Source: Shigella phage KNP5. Taken from it: 64,000 bases of DNA. Every line of letters begins with the position of its first letter. The stretch's first letter is position 1. The position numbers and the translations under genes were made by a program. Below the pieces are notes generated by a model that was not told where the DNA came from, searched no databases, and worked only from the letters and a program-made list of their open reading frames with translations. The stretch lies in the sequence record KX452698; one strand, 5' to 3'. Shown piece after piece: positions 1 to 12,400 of the stretch.

Positions 1-45
1 TCTACCAATATAGTAGCAAGGGCTAATGAATAGCCCAAGATTTTC

Positions 46-204
46 TTAATCATTAGTAGATAACCACACAAATGTTAAATATGCACACATACCCTGAGCT
101 AAAGCTTGTGAAAACACGCTGCTGGCATCGATACAGATAGTTAAAACACATGCTACTATCCAACAAATAAATGAAATAACTCCTAATAATTTTGCAATAT
201 TCAT
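46..204 (-). CDS. small hydrophobic protein (52 aa, one predicted TM helix)
   Basis: ATG at 204..202 preceded by GAGG; my own translation MNIAKLLGVISFICWIVACVLTICIDASSVFSQALAQGMCAYLTFVWLSTND; below the 60-aa ORF-track cutoff. Confidence 0.4.
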   Translation of the reverse strand: MNIAKLLGVISFICWIVACVLTICIDASSVFSQALAQGMCAYLTFVWLSTND

Positions 205-216
205 ATTTTCCTCACT

Positions 217-232
217 GGCGTCCGAAGACGCC
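217..232 (-). other. intercistronic C(UUCG)G tetraloop hairpin on the mRNA (GGCGUC-UUCG-GACGCC)
   Basis: perfect 6-bp inverted repeat around cgaa (uucg on the transcribed strand) between two minus-strand ORFs. Confidence 0.6.
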
Positions 233-291
233 TTTAGTTTTAAGATTATTACGATAGAACTGCATCACATGTTCGTTATGGAAATTGCTCA

Positions 292-481
292 TTAATATGC
301 CTGCAAAACAAATTTAAAATTATCAGCCAACATACGATTCATTTCTTCAAGTGTTTGATACTCAGAATGATGATTACGGGTAAACGCTAAAGCTAACTGA
401 CCTTTTCCAAATCCCGTCGTCAGAGGTTTCATCTTAGAAGCAGGTAGATAAAATACCGTGTATGGAACATTGTTATTTGCA
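292..481 (-). CDS. 3' end of a CDS whose 5' part lies in the N block; product not recognised
   Basis: open frame ending at TAA 292..294 (...[30 protein letters not shown]); continues into N. Confidence 0.4.
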
Positions 482-3400
482 NNNNNNNNNNNNNNNNNNN
501 NNNNNNNNNNNNNNNNNNNNNNNNNNNNNNNNNNNNNNNNNNNNNNNNNNNNNNNNNNNNNNNNNNNNNNNNNNNNNNNNNNNNNNNNNNNNNNNNNNNN
601 NNNNNNNNNNNNNNNNNNNNNNNNNNNNNNNNNNNNNNNNNNNNNNNNNNNNNNNNNNNNNNNNNNNNNNNNNNNNNNNNNNNNNNNNNNNNNNNNNNNN
701 NNNNNNNNNNNNNNNNNNNNNNNNNNNNNNNNNNNNNNNNNNNNNNNNNNNNNNNNNNNNNNNNNNNNNNNNNNNNNNNNNNNNNNNNNNNNNNNNNNNN
801 NNNNNNNNNNNNNNNNNNNNNNNNNNNNNNNNNNNNNNNNNNNNNNNNNNNNNNNNNNNNNNNNNNNNNNNNNNNNNNNNNNNNNNNNNNNNNNNNNNNN
901 NNNNNNNNNNNNNNNNNNNNNNNNNNNNNNNNNNNNNNNNNNNNNNNNNNNNNNNNNNNNNNNNNNNNNNNNNNNNNNNNNNNNNNNNNNNNNNNNNNNN
1001 NNNNNNNNNNNNNNNNNNNNNNNNNNNNNNNNNNNNNNNNNNNNNNNNNNNNNNNNNNNNNNNNNNNNNNNNNNNNNNNNNNNNNNNNNNNNNNNNNNNN
1101 NNNNNNNNNNNNNNNNNNNNNNNNNNNNNNNNNNNNNNNNNNNNNNNNNNNNNNNNNNNNNNNNNNNNNNNNNNNNNNNNNNNNNNNNNNNNNNNNNNNN
1201 NNNNNNNNNNNNNNNNNNNNNNNNNNNNNNNNNNNNNNNNNNNNNNNNNNNNNNNNNNNNNNNNNNNNNNNNNNNNNNNNNNNNNNNNNNNNNNNNNNNN
1301 NNNNNNNNNNNNNNNNNNNNNNNNNNNNNNNNNNNNNNNNNNNNNNNNNNNNNNNNNNNNNNNNNNNNNNNNNNNNNNNNNNNNNNNNNNNNNNNNNNNN
1401 NNNNNNNNNNNNNNNNNNNNNNNNNNNNNNNNNNNNNNNNNNNNNNNNNNNNNNNNNNNNNNNNNNNNNNNNNNNNNNNNNNNNNNNNNNNNNNNNNNNN
1501 NNNNNNNNNNNNNNNNNNNNNNNNNNNNNNNNNNNNNNNNNNNNNNNNNNNNNNNNNNNNNNNNNNNNNNNNNNNNNNNNNNNNNNNNNNNNNNNNNNNN
1601 NNNNNNNNNNNNNNNNNNNNNNNNNNNNNNNNNNNNNNNNNNNNNNNNNNNNNNNNNNNNNNNNNNNNNNNNNNNNNNNNNNNNNNNNNNNNNNNNNNNN
1701 NNNNNNNNNNNNNNNNNNNNNNNNNNNNNNNNNNNNNNNNNNNNNNNNNNNNNNNNNNNNNNNNNNNNNNNNNNNNNNNNNNNNNNNNNNNNNNNNNNNN
1801 NNNNNNNNNNNNNNNNNNNNNNNNNNNNNNNNNNNNNNNNNNNNNNNNNNNNNNNNNNNNNNNNNNNNNNNNNNNNNNNNNNNNNNNNNNNNNNNNNNNN
1901 NNNNNNNNNNNNNNNNNNNNNNNNNNNNNNNNNNNNNNNNNNNNNNNNNNNNNNNNNNNNNNNNNNNNNNNNNNNNNNNNNNNNNNNNNNNNNNNNNNNN
2001 NNNNNNNNNNNNNNNNNNNNNNNNNNNNNNNNNNNNNNNNNNNNNNNNNNNNNNNNNNNNNNNNNNNNNNNNNNNNNNNNNNNNNNNNNNNNNNNNNNNN
2101 NNNNNNNNNNNNNNNNNNNNNNNNNNNNNNNNNNNNNNNNNNNNNNNNNNNNNNNNNNNNNNNNNNNNNNNNNNNNNNNNNNNNNNNNNNNNNNNNNNNN
2201 NNNNNNNNNNNNNNNNNNNNNNNNNNNNNNNNNNNNNNNNNNNNNNNNNNNNNNNNNNNNNNNNNNNNNNNNNNNNNNNNNNNNNNNNNNNNNNNNNNNN
2301 NNNNNNNNNNNNNNNNNNNNNNNNNNNNNNNNNNNNNNNNNNNNNNNNNNNNNNNNNNNNNNNNNNNNNNNNNNNNNNNNNNNNNNNNNNNNNNNNNNNN
2401 NNNNNNNNNNNNNNNNNNNNNNNNNNNNNNNNNNNNNNNNNNNNNNNNNNNNNNNNNNNNNNNNNNNNNNNNNNNNNNNNNNNNNNNNNNNNNNNNNNNN
2501 NNNNNNNNNNNNNNNNNNNNNNNNNNNNNNNNNNNNNNNNNNNNNNNNNNNNNNNNNNNNNNNNNNNNNNNNNNNNNNNNNNNNNNNNNNNNNNNNNNNN
2601 NNNNNNNNNNNNNNNNNNNNNNNNNNNNNNNNNNNNNNNNNNNNNNNNNNNNNNNNNNNNNNNNNNNNNNNNNNNNNNNNNNNNNNNNNNNNNNNNNNNN
2701 NNNNNNNNNNNNNNNNNNNNNNNNNNNNNNNNNNNNNNNNNNNNNNNNNNNNNNNNNNNNNNNNNNNNNNNNNNNNNNNNNNNNNNNNNNNNNNNNNNNN
2801 NNNNNNNNNNNNNNNNNNNNNNNNNNNNNNNNNNNNNNNNNNNNNNNNNNNNNNNNNNNNNNNNNNNNNNNNNNNNNNNNNNNNNNNNNNNNNNNNNNNN
2901 NNNNNNNNNNNNNNNNNNNNNNNNNNNNNNNNNNNNNNNNNNNNNNNNNNNNNNNNNNNNNNNNNNNNNNNNNNNNNNNNNNNNNNNNNNNNNNNNNNNN
3001 NNNNNNNNNNNNNNNNNNNNNNNNNNNNNNNNNNNNNNNNNNNNNNNNNNNNNNNNNNNNNNNNNNNNNNNNNNNNNNNNNNNNNNNNNNNNNNNNNNNN
3101 NNNNNNNNNNNNNNNNNNNNNNNNNNNNNNNNNNNNNNNNNNNNNNNNNNNNNNNNNNNNNNNNNNNNNNNNNNNNNNNNNNNNNNNNNNNNNNNNNNNN
3201 NNNNNNNNNNNNNNNNNNNNNNNNNNNNNNNNNNNNNNNNNNNNNNNNNNNNNNNNNNNNNNNNNNNNNNNNNNNNNNNNNNNNNNNNNNNNNNNNNNNN
3301 NNNNNNNNNNNNNNNNNNNNNNNNNNNNNNNNNNNNNNNNNNNNNNNNNNNNNNNNNNNNNNNNNNNNNNNNNNNNNNNNNNNNNNNNNNNNNNNNNNNN

Positions 3401-6400
3401 NNNNNNNNNNNNNNNNNNNNNNNNNNNNNNNNNNNNNNNNNNNNNNNNNNNNNNNNNNNNNNNNNNNNNNNNNNNNNNNNNNNNNNNNNNNNNNNNNNNN
3501 NNNNNNNNNNNNNNNNNNNNNNNNNNNNNNNNNNNNNNNNNNNNNNNNNNNNNNNNNNNNNNNNNNNNNNNNNNNNNNNNNNNNNNNNNNNNNNNNNNNN
3601 NNNNNNNNNNNNNNNNNNNNNNNNNNNNNNNNNNNNNNNNNNNNNNNNNNNNNNNNNNNNNNNNNNNNNNNNNNNNNNNNNNNNNNNNNNNNNNNNNNNN
3701 NNNNNNNNNNNNNNNNNNNNNNNNNNNNNNNNNNNNNNNNNNNNNNNNNNNNNNNNNNNNNNNNNNNNNNNNNNNNNNNNNNNNNNNNNNNNNNNNNNNN
3801 NNNNNNNNNNNNNNNNNNNNNNNNNNNNNNNNNNNNNNNNNNNNNNNNNNNNNNNNNNNNNNNNNNNNNNNNNNNNNNNNNNNNNNNNNNNNNNNNNNNN
3901 NNNNNNNNNNNNNNNNNNNNNNNNNNNNNNNNNNNNNNNNNNNNNNNNNNNNNNNNNNNNNNNNNNNNNNNNNNNNNNNNNNNNNNNNNNNNNNNNNNNN
4001 NNNNNNNNNNNNNNNNNNNNNNNNNNNNNNNNNNNNNNNNNNNNNNNNNNNNNNNNNNNNNNNNNNNNNNNNNNNNNNNNNNNNNNNNNNNNNNNNNNNN
4101 NNNNNNNNNNNNNNNNNNNNNNNNNNNNNNNNNNNNNNNNNNNNNNNNNNNNNNNNNNNNNNNNNNNNNNNNNNNNNNNNNNNNNNNNNNNNNNNNNNNN
4201 NNNNNNNNNNNNNNNNNNNNNNNNNNNNNNNNNNNNNNNNNNNNNNNNNNNNNNNNNNNNNNNNNNNNNNNNNNNNNNNNNNNNNNNNNNNNNNNNNNNN
4301 NNNNNNNNNNNNNNNNNNNNNNNNNNNNNNNNNNNNNNNNNNNNNNNNNNNNNNNNNNNNNNNNNNNNNNNNNNNNNNNNNNNNNNNNNNNNNNNNNNNN
4401 NNNNNNNNNNNNNNNNNNNNNNNNNNNNNNNNNNNNNNNNNNNNNNNNNNNNNNNNNNNNNNNNNNNNNNNNNNNNNNNNNNNNNNNNNNNNNNNNNNNN
4501 NNNNNNNNNNNNNNNNNNNNNNNNNNNNNNNNNNNNNNNNNNNNNNNNNNNNNNNNNNNNNNNNNNNNNNNNNNNNNNNNNNNNNNNNNNNNNNNNNNNN
4601 NNNNNNNNNNNNNNNNNNNNNNNNNNNNNNNNNNNNNNNNNNNNNNNNNNNNNNNNNNNNNNNNNNNNNNNNNNNNNNNNNNNNNNNNNNNNNNNNNNNN
4701 NNNNNNNNNNNNNNNNNNNNNNNNNNNNNNNNNNNNNNNNNNNNNNNNNNNNNNNNNNNNNNNNNNNNNNNNNNNNNNNNNNNNNNNNNNNNNNNNNNNN
4801 NNNNNNNNNNNNNNNNNNNNNNNNNNNNNNNNNNNNNNNNNNNNNNNNNNNNNNNNNNNNNNNNNNNNNNNNNNNNNNNNNNNNNNNNNNNNNNNNNNNN
4901 NNNNNNNNNNNNNNNNNNNNNNNNNNNNNNNNNNNNNNNNNNNNNNNNNNNNNNNNNNNNNNNNNNNNNNNNNNNNNNNNNNNNNNNNNNNNNNNNNNNN
5001 NNNNNNNNNNNNNNNNNNNNNNNNNNNNNNNNNNNNNNNNNNNNNNNNNNNNNNNNNNNNNNNNNNNNNNNNNNNNNNNNNNNNNNNNNNNNNNNNNNNN
5101 NNNNNNNNNNNNNNNNNNNNNNNNNNNNNNNNNNNNNNNNNNNNNNNNNNNNNNNNNNNNNNNNNNNNNNNNNNNNNNNNNNNNNNNNNNNNNNNNNNNN
5201 NNNNNNNNNNNNNNNNNNNNNNNNNNNNNNNNNNNNNNNNNNNNNNNNNNNNNNNNNNNNNNNNNNNNNNNNNNNNNNNNNNNNNNNNNNNNNNNNNNNN
5301 NNNNNNNNNNNNNNNNNNNNNNNNNNNNNNNNNNNNNNNNNNNNNNNNNNNNNNNNNNNNNNNNNNNNNNNNNNNNNNNNNNNNNNNNNNNNNNNNNNNN
5401 NNNNNNNNNNNNNNNNNNNNNNNNNNNNNNNNNNNNNNNNNNNNNNNNNNNNNNNNNNNNNNNNNNNNNNNNNNNNNNNNNNNNNNNNNNNNNNNNNNNN
5501 NNNNNNNNNNNNNNNNNNNNNNNNNNNNNNNNNNNNNNNNNNNNNNNNNNNNNNNNNNNNNNNNNNNNNNNNNNNNNNNNNNNNNNNNNNNNNNNNNNNN
5601 NNNNNNNNNNNNNNNNNNNNNNNNNNNNNNNNNNNNNNNNNNNNNNNNNNNNNNNNNNNNNNNNNNNNNNNNNNNNNNNNNNNNNNNNNNNNNNNNNNNN
5701 NNNNNNNNNNNNNNNNNNNNNNNNNNNNNNNNNNNNNNNNNNNNNNNNNNNNNNNNNNNNNNNNNNNNNNNNNNNNNNNNNNNNNNNNNNNNNNNNNNNN
5801 NNNNNNNNNNNNNNNNNNNNNNNNNNNNNNNNNNNNNNNNNNNNNNNNNNNNNNNNNNNNNNNNNNNNNNNNNNNNNNNNNNNNNNNNNNNNNNNNNNNN
5901 NNNNNNNNNNNNNNNNNNNNNNNNNNNNNNNNNNNNNNNNNNNNNNNNNNNNNNNNNNNNNNNNNNNNNNNNNNNNNNNNNNNNNNNNNNNNNNNNNNNN
6001 NNNNNNNNNNNNNNNNNNNNNNNNNNNNNNNNNNNNNNNNNNNNNNNNNNNNNNNNNNNNNNNNNNNNNNNNNNNNNNNNNNNNNNNNNNNNNNNNNNNN
6101 NNNNNNNNNNNNNNNNNNNNNNNNNNNNNNNNNNNNNNNNNNNNNNNNNNNNNNNNNNNNNNNNNNNNNNNNNNNNNNNNNNNNNNNNNNNNNNNNNNNN
6201 NNNNNNNNNNNNNNNNNNNNNNNNNNNNNNNNNNNNNNNNNNNNNNNNNNNNNNNNNNNNNNNNNNNNNNNNNNNNNNNNNNNNNNNNNNNNNNNNNNNN
6301 NNNNNNNNNNNNNNNNNNNNNNNNNNNNNNNNNNNNNNNNNNNNNNNNNNNNNNNNNNNNNNNNNNNNNNNNNNNNNNNNNNNNNNNNNNNNNNNNNNNN

Positions 6401-9400
6401 NNNNNNNNNNNNNNNNNNNNNNNNNNNNNNNNNNNNNNNNNNNNNNNNNNNNNNNNNNNNNNNNNNNNNNNNNNNNNNNNNNNNNNNNNNNNNNNNNNNN
6501 NNNNNNNNNNNNNNNNNNNNNNNNNNNNNNNNNNNNNNNNNNNNNNNNNNNNNNNNNNNNNNNNNNNNNNNNNNNNNNNNNNNNNNNNNNNNNNNNNNNN
6601 NNNNNNNNNNNNNNNNNNNNNNNNNNNNNNNNNNNNNNNNNNNNNNNNNNNNNNNNNNNNNNNNNNNNNNNNNNNNNNNNNNNNNNNNNNNNNNNNNNNN
6701 NNNNNNNNNNNNNNNNNNNNNNNNNNNNNNNNNNNNNNNNNNNNNNNNNNNNNNNNNNNNNNNNNNNNNNNNNNNNNNNNNNNNNNNNNNNNNNNNNNNN
6801 NNNNNNNNNNNNNNNNNNNNNNNNNNNNNNNNNNNNNNNNNNNNNNNNNNNNNNNNNNNNNNNNNNNNNNNNNNNNNNNNNNNNNNNNNNNNNNNNNNNN
6901 NNNNNNNNNNNNNNNNNNNNNNNNNNNNNNNNNNNNNNNNNNNNNNNNNNNNNNNNNNNNNNNNNNNNNNNNNNNNNNNNNNNNNNNNNNNNNNNNNNNN
7001 NNNNNNNNNNNNNNNNNNNNNNNNNNNNNNNNNNNNNNNNNNNNNNNNNNNNNNNNNNNNNNNNNNNNNNNNNNNNNNNNNNNNNNNNNNNNNNNNNNNN
7101 NNNNNNNNNNNNNNNNNNNNNNNNNNNNNNNNNNNNNNNNNNNNNNNNNNNNNNNNNNNNNNNNNNNNNNNNNNNNNNNNNNNNNNNNNNNNNNNNNNNN
7201 NNNNNNNNNNNNNNNNNNNNNNNNNNNNNNNNNNNNNNNNNNNNNNNNNNNNNNNNNNNNNNNNNNNNNNNNNNNNNNNNNNNNNNNNNNNNNNNNNNNN
7301 NNNNNNNNNNNNNNNNNNNNNNNNNNNNNNNNNNNNNNNNNNNNNNNNNNNNNNNNNNNNNNNNNNNNNNNNNNNNNNNNNNNNNNNNNNNNNNNNNNNN
7401 NNNNNNNNNNNNNNNNNNNNNNNNNNNNNNNNNNNNNNNNNNNNNNNNNNNNNNNNNNNNNNNNNNNNNNNNNNNNNNNNNNNNNNNNNNNNNNNNNNNN
7501 NNNNNNNNNNNNNNNNNNNNNNNNNNNNNNNNNNNNNNNNNNNNNNNNNNNNNNNNNNNNNNNNNNNNNNNNNNNNNNNNNNNNNNNNNNNNNNNNNNNN
7601 NNNNNNNNNNNNNNNNNNNNNNNNNNNNNNNNNNNNNNNNNNNNNNNNNNNNNNNNNNNNNNNNNNNNNNNNNNNNNNNNNNNNNNNNNNNNNNNNNNNN
7701 NNNNNNNNNNNNNNNNNNNNNNNNNNNNNNNNNNNNNNNNNNNNNNNNNNNNNNNNNNNNNNNNNNNNNNNNNNNNNNNNNNNNNNNNNNNNNNNNNNNN
7801 NNNNNNNNNNNNNNNNNNNNNNNNNNNNNNNNNNNNNNNNNNNNNNNNNNNNNNNNNNNNNNNNNNNNNNNNNNNNNNNNNNNNNNNNNNNNNNNNNNNN
7901 NNNNNNNNNNNNNNNNNNNNNNNNNNNNNNNNNNNNNNNNNNNNNNNNNNNNNNNNNNNNNNNNNNNNNNNNNNNNNNNNNNNNNNNNNNNNNNNNNNNN
8001 NNNNNNNNNNNNNNNNNNNNNNNNNNNNNNNNNNNNNNNNNNNNNNNNNNNNNNNNNNNNNNNNNNNNNNNNNNNNNNNNNNNNNNNNNNNNNNNNNNNN
8101 NNNNNNNNNNNNNNNNNNNNNNNNNNNNNNNNNNNNNNNNNNNNNNNNNNNNNNNNNNNNNNNNNNNNNNNNNNNNNNNNNNNNNNNNNNNNNNNNNNNN
8201 NNNNNNNNNNNNNNNNNNNNNNNNNNNNNNNNNNNNNNNNNNNNNNNNNNNNNNNNNNNNNNNNNNNNNNNNNNNNNNNNNNNNNNNNNNNNNNNNNNNN
8301 NNNNNNNNNNNNNNNNNNNNNNNNNNNNNNNNNNNNNNNNNNNNNNNNNNNNNNNNNNNNNNNNNNNNNNNNNNNNNNNNNNNNNNNNNNNNNNNNNNNN
8401 NNNNNNNNNNNNNNNNNNNNNNNNNNNNNNNNNNNNNNNNNNNNNNNNNNNNNNNNNNNNNNNNNNNNNNNNNNNNNNNNNNNNNNNNNNNNNNNNNNNN
8501 NNNNNNNNNNNNNNNNNNNNNNNNNNNNNNNNNNNNNNNNNNNNNNNNNNNNNNNNNNNNNNNNNNNNNNNNNNNNNNNNNNNNNNNNNNNNNNNNNNNN
8601 NNNNNNNNNNNNNNNNNNNNNNNNNNNNNNNNNNNNNNNNNNNNNNNNNNNNNNNNNNNNNNNNNNNNNNNNNNNNNNNNNNNNNNNNNNNNNNNNNNNN
8701 NNNNNNNNNNNNNNNNNNNNNNNNNNNNNNNNNNNNNNNNNNNNNNNNNNNNNNNNNNNNNNNNNNNNNNNNNNNNNNNNNNNNNNNNNNNNNNNNNNNN
8801 NNNNNNNNNNNNNNNNNNNNNNNNNNNNNNNNNNNNNNNNNNNNNNNNNNNNNNNNNNNNNNNNNNNNNNNNNNNNNNNNNNNNNNNNNNNNNNNNNNNN
8901 NNNNNNNNNNNNNNNNNNNNNNNNNNNNNNNNNNNNNNNNNNNNNNNNNNNNNNNNNNNNNNNNNNNNNNNNNNNNNNNNNNNNNNNNNNNNNNNNNNNN
9001 NNNNNNNNNNNNNNNNNNNNNNNNNNNNNNNNNNNNNNNNNNNNNNNNNNNNNNNNNNNNNNNNNNNNNNNNNNNNNNNNNNNNNNNNNNNNNNNNNNNN
9101 NNNNNNNNNNNNNNNNNNNNNNNNNNNNNNNNNNNNNNNNNNNNNNNNNNNNNNNNNNNNNNNNNNNNNNNNNNNNNNNNNNNNNNNNNNNNNNNNNNNN
9201 NNNNNNNNNNNNNNNNNNNNNNNNNNNNNNNNNNNNNNNNNNNNNNNNNNNNNNNNNNNNNNNNNNNNNNNNNNNNNNNNNNNNNNNNNNNNNNNNNNNN
9301 NNNNNNNNNNNNNNNNNNNNNNNNNNNNNNNNNNNNNNNNNNNNNNNNNNNNNNNNNNNNNNNNNNNNNNNNNNNNNNNNNNNNNNNNNNNNNNNNNNNN

Positions 9401-12400
9401 NNNNNNNNNNNNNNNNNNNNNNNNNNNNNNNNNNNNNNNNNNNNNNNNNNNNNNNNNNNNNNNNNNNNNNNNNNNNNNNNNNNNNNNNNNNNNNNNNNNN
9501 NNNNNNNNNNNNNNNNNNNNNNNNNNNNNNNNNNNNNNNNNNNNNNNNNNNNNNNNNNNNNNNNNNNNNNNNNNNNNNNNNNNNNNNNNNNNNNNNNNNN
9601 NNNNNNNNNNNNNNNNNNNNNNNNNNNNNNNNNNNNNNNNNNNNNNNNNNNNNNNNNNNNNNNNNNNNNNNNNNNNNNNNNNNNNNNNNNNNNNNNNNNN
9701 NNNNNNNNNNNNNNNNNNNNNNNNNNNNNNNNNNNNNNNNNNNNNNNNNNNNNNNNNNNNNNNNNNNNNNNNNNNNNNNNNNNNNNNNNNNNNNNNNNNN
9801 NNNNNNNNNNNNNNNNNNNNNNNNNNNNNNNNNNNNNNNNNNNNNNNNNNNNNNNNNNNNNNNNNNNNNNNNNNNNNNNNNNNNNNNNNNNNNNNNNNNN
9901 NNNNNNNNNNNNNNNNNNNNNNNNNNNNNNNNNNNNNNNNNNNNNNNNNNNNNNNNNNNNNNNNNNNNNNNNNNNNNNNNNNNNNNNNNNNNNNNNNNNN
10001 NNNNNNNNNNNNNNNNNNNNNNNNNNNNNNNNNNNNNNNNNNNNNNNNNNNNNNNNNNNNNNNNNNNNNNNNNNNNNNNNNNNNNNNNNNNNNNNNNNNN
10101 NNNNNNNNNNNNNNNNNNNNNNNNNNNNNNNNNNNNNNNNNNNNNNNNNNNNNNNNNNNNNNNNNNNNNNNNNNNNNNNNNNNNNNNNNNNNNNNNNNNN
10201 NNNNNNNNNNNNNNNNNNNNNNNNNNNNNNNNNNNNNNNNNNNNNNNNNNNNNNNNNNNNNNNNNNNNNNNNNNNNNNNNNNNNNNNNNNNNNNNNNNNN
10301 NNNNNNNNNNNNNNNNNNNNNNNNNNNNNNNNNNNNNNNNNNNNNNNNNNNNNNNNNNNNNNNNNNNNNNNNNNNNNNNNNNNNNNNNNNNNNNNNNNNN
10401 NNNNNNNNNNNNNNNNNNNNNNNNNNNNNNNNNNNNNNNNNNNNNNNNNNNNNNNNNNNNNNNNNNNNNNNNNNNNNNNNNNNNNNNNNNNNNNNNNNNN
10501 NNNNNNNNNNNNNNNNNNNNNNNNNNNNNNNNNNNNNNNNNNNNNNNNNNNNNNNNNNNNNNNNNNNNNNNNNNNNNNNNNNNNNNNNNNNNNNNNNNNN
10601 NNNNNNNNNNNNNNNNNNNNNNNNNNNNNNNNNNNNNNNNNNNNNNNNNNNNNNNNNNNNNNNNNNNNNNNNNNNNNNNNNNNNNNNNNNNNNNNNNNNN
10701 NNNNNNNNNNNNNNNNNNNNNNNNNNNNNNNNNNNNNNNNNNNNNNNNNNNNNNNNNNNNNNNNNNNNNNNNNNNNNNNNNNNNNNNNNNNNNNNNNNNN
10801 NNNNNNNNNNNNNNNNNNNNNNNNNNNNNNNNNNNNNNNNNNNNNNNNNNNNNNNNNNNNNNNNNNNNNNNNNNNNNNNNNNNNNNNNNNNNNNNNNNNN
10901 NNNNNNNNNNNNNNNNNNNNNNNNNNNNNNNNNNNNNNNNNNNNNNNNNNNNNNNNNNNNNNNNNNNNNNNNNNNNNNNNNNNNNNNNNNNNNNNNNNNN
11001 NNNNNNNNNNNNNNNNNNNNNNNNNNNNNNNNNNNNNNNNNNNNNNNNNNNNNNNNNNNNNNNNNNNNNNNNNNNNNNNNNNNNNNNNNNNNNNNNNNNN
11101 NNNNNNNNNNNNNNNNNNNNNNNNNNNNNNNNNNNNNNNNNNNNNNNNNNNNNNNNNNNNNNNNNNNNNNNNNNNNNNNNNNNNNNNNNNNNNNNNNNNN
11201 NNNNNNNNNNNNNNNNNNNNNNNNNNNNNNNNNNNNNNNNNNNNNNNNNNNNNNNNNNNNNNNNNNNNNNNNNNNNNNNNNNNNNNNNNNNNNNNNNNNN
11301 NNNNNNNNNNNNNNNNNNNNNNNNNNNNNNNNNNNNNNNNNNNNNNNNNNNNNNNNNNNNNNNNNNNNNNNNNNNNNNNNNNNNNNNNNNNNNNNNNNNN
11401 NNNNNNNNNNNNNNNNNNNNNNNNNNNNNNNNNNNNNNNNNNNNNNNNNNNNNNNNNNNNNNNNNNNNNNNNNNNNNNNNNNNNNNNNNNNNNNNNNNNN
11501 NNNNNNNNNNNNNNNNNNNNNNNNNNNNNNNNNNNNNNNNNNNNNNNNNNNNNNNNNNNNNNNNNNNNNNNNNNNNNNNNNNNNNNNNNNNNNNNNNNNN
11601 NNNNNNNNNNNNNNNNNNNNNNNNNNNNNNNNNNNNNNNNNNNNNNNNNNNNNNNNNNNNNNNNNNNNNNNNNNNNNNNNNNNNNNNNNNNNNNNNNNNN
11701 NNNNNNNNNNNNNNNNNNNNNNNNNNNNNNNNNNNNNNNNNNNNNNNNNNNNNNNNNNNNNNNNNNNNNNNNNNNNNNNNNNNNNNNNNNNNNNNNNNNN
11801 NNNNNNNNNNNNNNNNNNNNNNNNNNNNNNNNNNNNNNNNNNNNNNNNNNNNNNNNNNNNNNNNNNNNNNNNNNNNNNNNNNNNNNNNNNNNNNNNNNNN
11901 NNNNNNNNNNNNNNNNNNNNNNNNNNNNNNNNNNNNNNNNNNNNNNNNNNNNNNNNNNNNNNNNNNNNNNNNNNNNNNNNNNNNNNNNNNNNNNNNNNNN
12001 NNNNNNNNNNNNNNNNNNNNNNNNNNNNNNNNNNNNNNNNNNNNNNNNNNNNNNNNNNNNNNNNNNNNNNNNNNNNNNNNNNNNNNNNNNNNNNNNNNNN
12101 NNNNNNNNNNNNNNNNNNNNNNNNNNNNNNNNNNNNNNNNNNNNNNNNNNNNNNNNNNNNNNNNNNNNNNNNNNNNNNNNNNNNNNNNNNNNNNNNNNNN
12201 NNNNNNNNNNNNNNNNNNNNNNNNNNNNNNNNNNNNNNNNNNNNNNNNNNNNNNNNNNNNNNNNNNNNNNNNNNNNNNNNNNNNNNNNNNNNNNNNNNNN
12301 NNNNNNNNNNNNNNNNNNNNNNNNNNNNNNNNNNNNNNNNNNNNNNNNNNNNNNNNNNNNNNNNNNNNNNNNNNNNNNNNNNNNNNNNNNNNNNNNNNNN